64,000 nucleotides of DNA from Clostridiales bacterium (GTDB taxonomy: Bacteria; Bacillota; Clostridia; Monoglobales; WRBX01): contig JAISFC010000026.1 of NCBI GenBank assembly GCA_031263785.1, forward strand, positions 2,922-66,921, in the 5' to 3' direction. A program made the translations under genes and the position numbers. The notes under the pieces are model-generated. The model was not told the origin of the DNA. It saw nothing but the letters and a program-made list of their open reading frames with translations, and made no database searches. Of this stretch, positions 1-7,779 are shown in pieces (the first letter of the stretch is position 1; each line of letters begins with the position of its first letter).

Positions 1-992
1 ACAACCTTATTCGCCGCGGTCACGCCAGTGATTTCGTAGTTATAGCCGCCCGTTAGGATGACCGTGTTGTCCGCGTATATATAGCCGTCGCCATCCCCGC
101 TAACCGTGCCGATATTTATGTGCGTCGTCGTCGTCCCCGCCGCCTTTTCGTTGCAGACAAATTGCCAATTGGAAAACGCGGGTCCAAAATGCTCCGCCGT
201 GTAGTTCACGCCCCCGAGCGGATATTCGATTACACAGCTCGAATCATTCGGAATATTGGGGAACATCGCGCTCCAATCGCCGTTCGGCGCAACGTCCGTC
301 GTAAAAATCATGCGGGTCAATTCCGGCATACGCGGGAAAATTACGCCACGCTCTAAAACCGCGTTCCCCCAATATATTTGCGTGACAGCCGAATTGTACG
401 GAGTTTCCACCATTTCCGGCTTTTCCATAGGTTCGCCCTCGCCATAAAGCAAATAATCCATATAAGCCGCATATTCTTCCTCGTCCACCGGGAGCGATAT
501 CGTATCAGTCCACGGGCTCATCGGTATCGACATGTATACGGGCATGGGATCCGTCCGATTGCTACTGCCCCTGCTAAAATCCCATGTGTACAACTTCATG
601 ATATTTGGCGCGCCGGGGGGTCTGCCGCTTATCTCATTAAACATTTCCATGTTGCCGTAGCAGAACGCCCAAATGAGATATTCCCATATTAACGCGGAGG
701 ATAAGTCGCCGCTAAACGCATTGATAATATTATCGTCACTTTGCATCAAGGTAATAGCATCTTGTACTTCAGCATCATTACCCAGATAATCCATAAGGAT
801 TCCCATGCGAATGTCCGTTTTTTCATCTTCCCATCCAATGTAATTCAAATCACTAATCATACCCACCATACCTATGTCACGCGCCTGTACACGCAACGGG
901 AACGCAAAATGCGAAAAGCTTGTTAAAAACAATGTCAGCACAAGCGTTAAGCTTAAAGCCTTCTTTGAGAAATCACCAAATATCTTCCCCAT
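1..992 (-). CDS. secreted hypothetical protein, 3' end cut by window edge (first ~330 aa present)
   Basis: Minus-strand frame is open from ATG (990-992) to position 1. It is absent from the ORF track because no stop lies in the window. AAGGAG sits ~9 nt upstream. The N-terminus MGKIFGDFSKKALSLTLVLTLFLTSFSHFAFPLRVQA looks like a signal peptide. Confidence 0.6.
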   Translation of the reverse strand, partial: MGKIFGDFSKKALSLTLVLTLFLTSFSHFAFPLRVQARDIGMVGMISDLNYIGWEDEKTDIRMGILMDYLGNDAEVQDAITLMQSDDNIINAFSGDLSSALIWEYLIWAFCYGNMEMFNEISGRPPGAPNIMKLYTWDFSRGSSNRTDPMPVYMSIPMSPWTDTISLPVDEEEYAAYMDYLLYGEGEPMEKPEMVETPYNSAVTQIYWGNAVLERGVIFPRMPELTRMIFTTDVAPNGDWSAMFPNIPNDSSCVIEYPLGGVNYTAEHFGPAFSNWQFVCNEKAAGTTTTHINIGTVSGDGDGYIYADNTVILTGGYNYEITGVTAANKV

Positions 993-1131
993 AATCCAAC
1001 ACTCCTTTTCCGACTTTCCATCGGTAGCTTTTGCATTTTCGCTTTTGCGTTTAATACAGCTGCTTTTCATTTTTGTTAAGCGCGAATATTCTCAATCACA
1101 CTATATCATAAAAAACCGGTAACGTTGTATT

Positions 1132-1175
1132 TGTAACACAAATGTAATATAAATGTAACATAAATGTAATATTTC
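1132..1175. promoter_or_regulatory. four direct TGTAAYA repeats phased at 11 bp, upstream of the 1-992 gene
   Basis: TGTAA starts at 1132, 1143, 1154 and 1165, an exact 11-bp period. The repeats lie 140-180 nt upstream of the minus-strand ATG at 992. Confidence 0.45.
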
Positions 1176-1234
1176 TCTGAACGCAAAGACAAAAAGCGCG
1201 CGCTTCTGCCATTTTTTATAATCAATACGTCATT

Positions 1235-4200
1235 TTAATTGCTAACCACCAACGGAATGGGCTGGAGTTTTTCTTTACCGACATATCGGAGGACGGTGGT
1301 GTAATCCGCGGCGTCGACACCGAGATATTCATTAATATTGAAGATTGTCGTGACACCCGCGATGTCTGTGTTGCCAACTTGTCCCTTGATTGTGTTTAAA
1401 TCCGACGTTGTTAATGCGAATTTGTCCGCGGTGGGCAAGTAGAATGCTCCCGCGTACAGGTACGCTGTCCCGCCGACCGTCAGTGGCATAGATTCGTTGA
1501 TTGCCCCTATATTTACGCTCGTTCCGTCGAGGTAGATGTCCGCCCAAAGATAGCTTTCTTCGCGAACCGTCCCGACCACACTTCCGCCGTTGTCGCCAAA
1601 TCGCGAGAATCGGAGCATATATTTCGGCGAAGATTGGTTCGGGTCGCTGCTGACTAAATCATTCGCCACTGTTTGCGGGATTTTCAGCGTATAATTATAC
1701 AGCGTCGAAGCCGCGTCGCCGATTGCCGCCGTCATGTTCATTTCTTGCGTGTATGCCACGCTCCCCACCTGCTTCACAATCACGCCAACACCGTCAACCT
1801 CATACATCTCCACCCGAATCCCCGCGTCCATTTTATCTAAATCGGGCGTGTATCCAATCGCGGAAATAGGAGTCCGTTGCTTGCCAGTGAGCATCGCCCG
1901 CCCCTGCAAACTGATGCTATTCACATCGCCGCTAATCTCGACCGCGGGCATATCCTCAACCGTTATACTTACGTATTCCTGCGTCAAAATCCCGTATTCG
2001 CCGTCCACAAGCAGATACGCGCCAAAGTCGTCCTGATTACTGCATAGGACTCCCAGCCCGTCGATTCCAAAAATTTGGTCGCCCGTGATTCCGTTGGTGT
2101 CATTGTACTCCCCGATAGCAAAACTCGCGCTGGTAGGCACATTTTCCTTGACCCTATAGTGGATTCTAAAGTACACATCTTCGGTTAAAGTGTGGGGCGT
2201 AAGCGGAACATTTTCCTCAACCGTCCAGCTAAGTAGAAATTTCCCTTCCGAATTAATCACGCTCAAAACCTCGCTCGACGAATCGTAATCCATCGCGCTT
2301 TTCAGGAACGTGCCGTTGACGAGCAGTCCCTCAAGACCCTTGGCGTCAAAATCAACTGTTTCAAGACTAGTTATTTCTATAGTATCATTGTCAAAAATCA
2401 TTGGAATCGCGAGGGCGTACGCGTCATAGCCAGTTGCGTCGTCGAAGGATACGTCAATATGCCCGTCATATCCCGCGTTTTTCGAGGTCGCGTCGGGAGT
2501 GAGAATCACCTTCACATCGTCCGCGCCCGCTATTTTCGCGAGTGTTGAGGCATTATTGTTATCCGCCGCGCGGATGTAGGTGTTTTTATACGTTTTTCCG
2601 CCCGCCTTCACGATTACCTCTTCGTCGTCGCTGCCGCTGTCGGGGAGCCACGCGTATATAATGCCCGATTCATCGGCATAAACTCCATTCGTTCCATACT
2701 CCCCCGCCATAATCGCAGACGCCGAACCCGCAACCGCCGCGGTGGTCAGACTCGTCACTCGCGCATTCACCGCCGACGGGTCGTCGAGAGTAAGCGTGTT
2801 CAAATAAACATTCTTCAGCTCACTATTTTTCGGCTGTGGACCACTAAAATTATTGACCTTAACACTTCCCCCGTCGATTGTCACCGTCCCTGTAGCTAGA
2901 TAGATATATCCGCCGCCTATTGCCGCACCATATGAGCCACTTGTCGCCGTTATAGTTCCGCCGGTTATGGTAATTTCACCAAGGTAATCACCGTCACCAT
3001 ATCCGTAGCCTTCATCATAGTCTTTACTGCCGTCTCCGATGCCTGCGCTGTAATATCCGCCTGTTGCTGTTACTTTTCCACCGGTTATGGTTATCGTACC
3101 GCCATTTCCATTTAGACCGCAACCAATTCCTGCAGCTCCATAACCGCCAGTTGTGGCTATCGCACCACCGTTTATGGTGATTTCACCGCCACCGCCATTC
3201 CCTTCATTGCCACCGTTTCCACCACCGATTCCTGAGCCGCCACTCCCGCCAGTAGCGATTATTGTACCACCGTTTATGGTAATTTCTCCCCCACTAGTAC
3301 CATTGCCGCCGCCAATTCCTGCTCCGTTACCGAAGCCGTCGTTGCTACCAACCGCTTCCAGACTTCCCATGCCGTCTATAGTGAGAGTTGAGCCGCCAGA
3401 GGCTTGTAACCCCGCCTTATACCGCCCGCTTTTAAGAGAGTTTTCGCCCACGAGCGTCAAATTCACCGTCGCGCCCGTCATGTCGAACGCACACGCATTT
3501 CCCGTCCCCGAAACATCTATTTTCACGCCGTTTAGCGTAATATTCGCCGTCACTCCCTGCGCAACCTTAACACTATCGTCGGACACATAATTCACCCCGT
3601 CTTGCAGGGATATCGTGTACGTGCCGTCCCGCAAAATCTCCACGGTGTTCCCATTTCGATTGACATAATCCGCATTATCCGCGTTCTCGCCCGTCACCTC
3701 GAGAGGTCGCACCAGCGCGTTTATGTAGAACTCCACAGCCGCCGACGTCGCCGCGTTGTAATTTTCCGTCGCCTCCGTGTTCCCGCGTACCTCGTAATGC
3801 CCCACCGTATTCGGCGCCTCCGCCGCCCACAAATCCAACCCATAGCCCGTGTATTCGTACGTCACCGCCGCCCCACTCGTGTTGCTCGTAACAACCGCGT
3901 CAGGCAGGGTCGTGCCGTAAGTCGTCCCCGATTGCGCAATTTCCAGCGTCGAATTCGCCTTACTTATCGTAAACGCAACTTCGGCGGACATACACCGCGC
4001 ATAGCTCTCGGTCGCCGCCACAATCCCGCGAATCTTATGGATTCCTACCGCCGTCGGCTGCTCCGCGACCCACTCCCCCGCCGAATTATGTTGGTATTCG
4101 TACGTAATCGCGCCGTTGCCGTAGCCCGCCTCAACAATCGGCGCGTCCAAAGCCACCCCAAACACCGTGTCCGCCTGCGAAATTACAAAAGGTGAGTTCG

Positions 4201-5854
4201 GGATATCGACATACACTTGCCGCCACGCCGTATTCCCGGTGTACCGATTCCCCGCGCCGTAAATCACCAAATAAACCCTGTGCTCCGCGTACTTCGGCAG
4301 CAGCTCCAAGGTGTAATTTTTGCTCAAAATAGGTCCGCTCACGGAATCCAGCCGAAACTCCGACGCGTAATTCGTGCCGTAATAAAGCCCCGTCGAGTTA
4401 TAATACAGGTTCGACACCCTTATCGTGTTCCCTATCTGCGGCACGCCAATTATCGAAACGTTAATCTCCGATATGTCATATTTAGCGGGGATAACGGGCG
4501 TTTCCGCGGGTAGCTGAATGTCAAACTTAAGCTGCGTTCCCTGATATTGCACGTTGGAAACCACAATTCCCGTATTAACTCCCGCCGAATCATAAATCGT
4601 ATTCACGGTCTCGTTCCCATCCGCGCTGCCCAACGTGTCGCCCGGGTTCAACGCCGCGTTGCGCAAAATCCCGCCGGCGCTGTTCACGCTAGCCTCTCCC
4701 GGGCGAAAAACGTAGATTTCATCGTCGTTATGCAGCTCCAGATTGCTCCCCTTGCCGCTGTACCCGCGATTCACACGATACACTAAAAGCCCCGTCTCAG
4801 GCGCATTATCCGTCCTGCTACGCACCACAAGGTTGTCCGACGACTTCCTGTACTCAAAATAATATTCATCCGCGTCCGTCGCACTGAACTTAACCCGATA
4901 CAAAATCGTACCGTCCACGCTGTCTACGGGGTCCAAAGTATACGTCCCGCTCTCGGTGATTTGAACGGACGTAATCCAATCCAGCTTTTCCCGCTCATAT
5001 CCCGTGGGGAAGTTGGGGTCTTTCCCGTTGTGATTGTTCATAATGCTCCACTGCCCCACCCCTGCGGCGTCCAGGTCGGGCAGGTTCAAAGTGTGCATAA
5101 ACTCGTGCATAATCGTCGTGCGGAGGACGTCCACATTCATGGAACCGTCGCCGAAAAGCGGTATGTAATTGTAGTCAATCCGCTTGCAGCCGTTGTAATT
5201 GAAGGTCACGCCGTTCTGCCCGTCGGTAATCGACCACCGATGCCCCCAAAGCGACATATTGCCCACTTCCATGTTGCCGCCGTAGAAAAACACCACGTTA
5301 TCCACCGACCCGCCGCGGTCACGGTCAATATCAATATCGCTCAAATCCACCGTGTTCAGCGCGTCAATCTGCATCCGTTTAAACCGCTCGTTGCGCTCCG
5401 CCTCGCTCGTGTACCCGATGGGATTCGTCTGCTCATCATACGCTCGGTGATAATTACGCGGGTGCGAGTCCTGATACGATATCGGAATCGCGCTCCCGTT
5501 GGGATACAGAAAATAGTTGTCCATGCGGAATTTTCCGCGAGAAATTGCGTCATAATATTCATTGGAGCTCGTGTTATCCGCGCCATCGTAATACGCCGCG
5601 AAGTCCACCCCACGCACCGTCGGATGGTCAGCCATCCCGCTCACGAATTCCTCTTCGTCAGAAAAGCGCACAAACATCGACAAATTCGTCATGACACCCT
5701 CATCCGGCGGCGGAGTCCCTATCGGCTCGCTTGCCTGCACACGCGCCTTCGTCAGCCCGTTAAGCGCAATTAGCGGGATATCCTCTATGCCGACGCCAGC
5801 CGACGACGACATAACTAACCAAAAAGACAGCAACCCGGAAAGCATTTTCTTCAC
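1235..5854 (-). CDS. large secreted surface protein: N-terminal M6 (immune inhibitor A-like) zinc metalloprotease domain, central Gly-rich repeat region, degenerate dockerin-like C-terminus
   Basis: ORF 1235-5929. The likely start is GTG at 5854, with AAGGAG 9 nt upstream, giving a signal peptide KKMLSGLLSFWLVMSSSAG. HEFMH is encoded at 5093-5107, followed by LNLPDLD and preceded by LWGHRW, as in M6 peptidases. ITI(N/T)GG...GGxG repeats are encoded ~2880-3330. Confidence 0.75.
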   Translation of the reverse strand: MKKMLSGLLSFWLVMSSSAGVGIEDIPLIALNGLTKARVQASEPIGTPPPDEGVMTNLSMFVRFSDEEEFVSGMADHPTVRGVDFAAYYDGADNTSSNEYYDAISRGKFRMDNYFLYPNGSAIPISYQDSHPRNYHRAYDEQTNPIGYTSEAERNERFKRMQIDALNTVDLSDIDIDRDRGGSVDNVVFFYGGNMEVGNMSLWGHRWSITDGQNGVTFNYNGCKRIDYNYIPLFGDGSMNVDVLRTTIMHEFMHTLNLPDLDAAGVGQWSIMNNHNGKDPNFPTGYEREKLDWITSVQITESGTYTLDPVDSVDGTILYRVKFSATDADEYYFEYRKSSDNLVVRSRTDNAPETGLLVYRVNRGYSGKGSNLELHNDDEIYVFRPGEASVNSAGGILRNAALNPGDTLGSADGNETVNTIYDSAGVNTGIVVSNVQYQGTQLKFDIQLPAETPVIPAKYDISEINVSIIGVPQIGNTIRVSNLYYNSTGLYYGTNYASEFRLDSVSGPILSKNYTLELLPKYAEHRVYLVIYGAGNRYTGNTAWRQVYVDIPNSPFVISQADTVFGVALDAPIVEAGYGNGAITYEYQHNSAGEWVAEQPTAVGIHKIRGIVAATESYARCMSAEVAFTISKANSTLEIAQSGTTYGTTLPDAVVTSNTSGAAVTYEYTGYGLDLWAAEAPNTVGHYEVRGNTEATENYNAATSAAVEFYINALVRPLEVTGENADNADYVNRNGNTVEILRDGTYTISLQDGVNYVSDDSVKVAQGVTANITLNGVKIDVSGTGNACAFDMTGATVNLTLVGENSLKSGRYKAGLQASGGSTLTIDGMGSLEAVGSNDGFGNGAGIGGGNGTSGGEITINGGTIIATGGSGGSGIGGGNGGNEGNGGGGEITINGGAIATTGGYGAAGIGCGLNGNGGTITITGGKVTATGGYYSAGIGDGSKDYDEGYGYGDGDYLGEITITGGTITATSGSYGAAIGGGYIYLATGTVTIDGGSVKVNNFSGPQPKNSELKNVYLNTLTLDDPSAVNARVTSLTTAAVAGSASAIMAGEYGTNGVYADESGIIYAWLPDSGSDDEEVIVKAGGKTYKNTYIRAADNNNASTLAKIAGADDVKVILTPDATSKNAGYDGHIDVSFDDATGYDAYALAIPMIFDNDTIEITSLETVDFDAKGLEGLLVNGTFLKSAMDYDSSSEVLSVINSEGKFLLSWTVEENVPLTPHTLTEDVYFRIHYRVKENVPTSASFAIGEYNDTNGITGDQIFGIDGLGVLCSNQDDFGAYLLVDGEYGILTQEYVSITVEDMPAVEISGDVNSISLQGRAMLTGKQRTPISAIGYTPDLDKMDAGIRVEMYEVDGVGVIVKQVGSVAYTQEMNMTAAIGDAASTLYNYTLKIPQTVANDLVSSDPNQSSPKYMLRFSRFGDNGGSVVGTVREESYLWADIYLDGTSVNIGAINESMPLTVGGTAYLYAGAFYLPTADKFALTTSDLNTIKGQVGNTDIAGVTTIFNINEYLGVDAADYTTVLRYVGKEKLQPIPLVVSN

Positions 5855-5978
5855 AATGAACAGCTCCTTTGTATTTTCATTTTTATATGAATTGCTTATA
5901 TATTCAGGTTTTTTATTGATAACGCTCATTTCGGCTCCGCGTTTGCCGTGAGGCGCACCGTGCGGCTCAAAAAATTTG

Positions 5979-6007
5979 TTGACAAACCGTCCAATTTTTG
6001 ATATACT
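5979..6007 (+). promoter_or_regulatory. sigma-A type promoter for tRNA-Met
   Basis: TTGACA (5979-5984), 17-nt spacer, TATACT (6002-6007). The tRNA starts 26 nt downstream. Confidence 0.7.
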
Positions 6008-6032
6008 AGATTAGCGATAATTCCTCTTGAAT

Positions 6033-6109
6033 GGCGGCGTAGCTCAGCCGGTTAGAGCATACGGTTCATACCCGTAAGGTCGGGCGTTCGATTCGCCCCG
6101 CCGCTACCA
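6033..6109 (+). tRNA. tRNA-Met (anticodon CAU), elongator type, CCA encoded
   Basis: The cloverleaf was read by hand. Acceptor GGCGGCG/CGCCGCT, anticodon stem TACGG/CCGTA with loop TTCATAC, T-arm GGGCG-TTCGATT-CGCCC. It has no three G-C pairs in the anticodon stem, so it is not an initiator. It is very similar to the Bacillus elongator tRNA-Met. tRNA-Ile2 (lysidine) is not formally excluded. Confidence 0.9.
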
Positions 6110-6110
6110 C

Positions 6111-6272
6111 GTCGGAACAAAGTTCGCTTACTCCGTTTTCGAGCAAAACCCGCTCGAAAACATCCGCGCGCTTCCTTGTTCCTCCTTCTCGCAAAAAGGC
6201 ACGCTGCTGCGTCGCCTAAGCCCTTGCAAGCGCGGGCTTTTTACGGCGACTTGCGCTACCACCTTTTTGCGG
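6111..6272. ncRNA. copy A of an unnamed ~165-nt structured element (transcribed strand unresolved)
   Basis: Aligns end to end with 48873-49036 and 57242-57413 (reverse complement). Five helices are maintained by compensatory changes (see findings). It starts 2 nt after the tRNA-Met CCA. Confidence 0.6.
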
Positions 6273-6490
6273 CTAAACCACCTTCAAAATAGATATATGT
6301 ATATGGAAGATTTGTGAAATCTTCTTCTTTTTTTCCTTAAAACCACCTTCAAAATAAATATTTATATTTAAGAGTTTTATGAAAACTCATTCTTTTCGCT
6401 TTAAAACCACCTTCAAAATAGATAAATATATGTGAAAGTTTTGCGAAAACTTCTTCTTTTTTTCTTAAAACCACTTTCAAGTCACATAAA
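6273..6490. repeat. 3.5 tandem 64-65-bp modules (AAAACCACCTTCAAAATA box, AT-rich segment, 8-9-bp hairpin, T-run)
   Basis: The CCA of the conserved box is at 6278, 6343, 6407 and 6471. Each unit has a hairpin such as GAAGATTT-GTG-AAATCTTC followed by TTCTTTTTTT. Confidence 0.8.
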
Positions 6491-6560
6491 CGTATTTAGT
6501 TAAATTGCTTACGCATTTATTTTATTTCATTCAAAGATTTTCGCAAGAAAATCTTCCACA

Positions 6561-6614
6561 CCTGTTCCCTGTTACCTGTTACCTCTTACCTCTTACGCCT
6601 GTCCCTGTTCCCTC
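6561..6614. repeat. heptanucleotide microsatellite (CCTGTTA/CCTCTTA, ~7 units)
   Basis: Reads cctgttc cctgtta cctgtta cctctta cctctta cgcctgtc cctgttc cctc. It lies immediately 3' of the SEDS gene stop. Confidence 0.8.
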
Positions 6615-6623
6615 AAGCCAAAA

Positions 6624-7718
6624 TCATCGTTTACCCACAGTATTTGCGGCGAGGGAAATTGCAATTAGCGCGGTGAGCATTGAGGTGCCTCCGTAGGAAA
6701 TTAGCGGTAGGGGGATTCCCGTGACGGGGGCTAAGCCCAGCGTCATAAGGATATTTTCGATTGTATGGAAGAAAAGCAGCGCGGCAACTCCCACACAAAT
6801 CAGCGAGCCCAATCGGTTGGACGAGCGTTTGGCGAGGATTATGCACCGCCACACTATGCAAAACAGCAGCCCCGCCAGCAAAATACACCCAATTATCCCC
6901 AATTCTTCGCCCGCCACCGCGAATATAAAGTCCGTGTGCTTCGCGGGGAGCAATTCCAGTTGCGTCTGCAGCCCGTTAAAAAGCCCGCTTCCCGCGATTT
7001 GCCCGCTCCCTATCGCCACTTTGGATTGCAACACTTGATAGCTCGCGTCCAGCGGCGACGACCCGGGGTTGAAAAACTCGAGGATTCGGGCGCGCTGATA
7101 GTCGTGCAATATAAAGAAGTAAATCAGCGGCGAGGCAAGGAGAAATGCGCTGAATCCGTAGGCGAGGTACCGCCAGTCGATGCCCGCGATGAACACCATC
7201 GTTAGGAACACGAACGCAAACGAGACCGCCGTACCCGCGTCCGGCTGCATGATAATCAAAATAATCGGAACCAGCGCGTGGAGGAACAGCAATCCCGCGT
7301 TTTTTATGTAGTTTATGTCGTCGCCCACCTTGTCGAGGTGCTTCGCGAGCGTGATGATGAAGCACACTTTGACGACCTCCGCCGGCTGGAACCCGAATGA
7401 GCCGAAGCGTATCCAGCGGTTTGTCCCCGTCTCGCCCTCGCCGATGCCGATGACCAAAACCGCCGCCAGCAGCACGATATTGAATATGTAAATCCATTTC
7501 CAGTAGTACGCGATATTCTCGTAATCCAGGAGCGAAATGACGTACATCGCCGCCAGCCCCAGCGCCATGGCTATAAGTTGGATGAATACGTACCTCAGCC
7601 CCTCCTCGTAGCTCGCCGACGCGCTCGCGATTAGTAGCAACCCGAAAAGCGCCGCTGTTATCGATAGAATCAGCAGTGTGACGTCGATTCCTTTTAAAAA
7701 TCTTTTGAATGAGTTCAT
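6624..7718 (-). CDS. FtsW/RodA/SpoVE (SEDS) family cell-wall polymerase
   Basis: 364-aa polytopic membrane protein with the SEDS C-terminal signature GLAPVTGIPLPLISYGGTSMLT. Confidence 0.85.
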   Translation of the reverse strand: MNSFKRFLKGIDVTLLILSITAALFGLLLIASASASYEEGLRYVFIQLIAMALGLAAMYVISLLDYENIAYYWKWIYIFNIVLLAAVLVIGIGEGETGTNRWIRFGSFGFQPAEVVKVCFIITLAKHLDKVGDDINYIKNAGLLFLHALVPIILIIMQPDAGTAVSFAFVFLTMVFIAGIDWRYLAYGFSAFLLASPLIYFFILHDYQRARILEFFNPGSSPLDASYQVLQSKVAIGSGQIAGSGLFNGLQTQLELLPAKHTDFIFAVAGEELGIIGCILLAGLLFCIVWRCIILAKRSSNRLGSLICVGVAALLFFHTIENILMTLGLAPVTGIPLPLISYGGTSMLTALIAISLAANTVGKR

Positions 7719-7779
7719 TTGCCGCTCCTCTGCGTTTATCCGCGCATTTATGCGGTTATTCCGTTGCTTCGGGACGCGC

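Noticed and set aside
3153-3590. Proline-rich 145-aa plus-strand ORF (and other plus-strand ORFs inside 1235-5929)
   Set aside because: These are antisense shadows of the Gly-rich repeat region of the large minus-strand gene (GGN codons read as NCC on the opposite strand).
6033-6109. Initiator tRNA-fMet or tRNA-Ile2 (lysidine) assignment for the CAU tRNA
   Set aside because: It lacks the three consecutive G-C pairs of initiator anticodon stems, and 1-72 is a G-U pair rather than a C-A mismatch. Overall it is near-identical to the Bacillus elongator tRNA-Met. Ile2 cannot be fully excluded without a classifier.
6273-6490. CRISPR array interpretation of the 64-bp periodic repeats
   Set aside because: The inter-repeat 'spacers' are homologous to each other: same AT-rich block, hairpin and T-run. 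The conserved box is only ~18 nt. There are only 3.5 units and no cas genes in the window.
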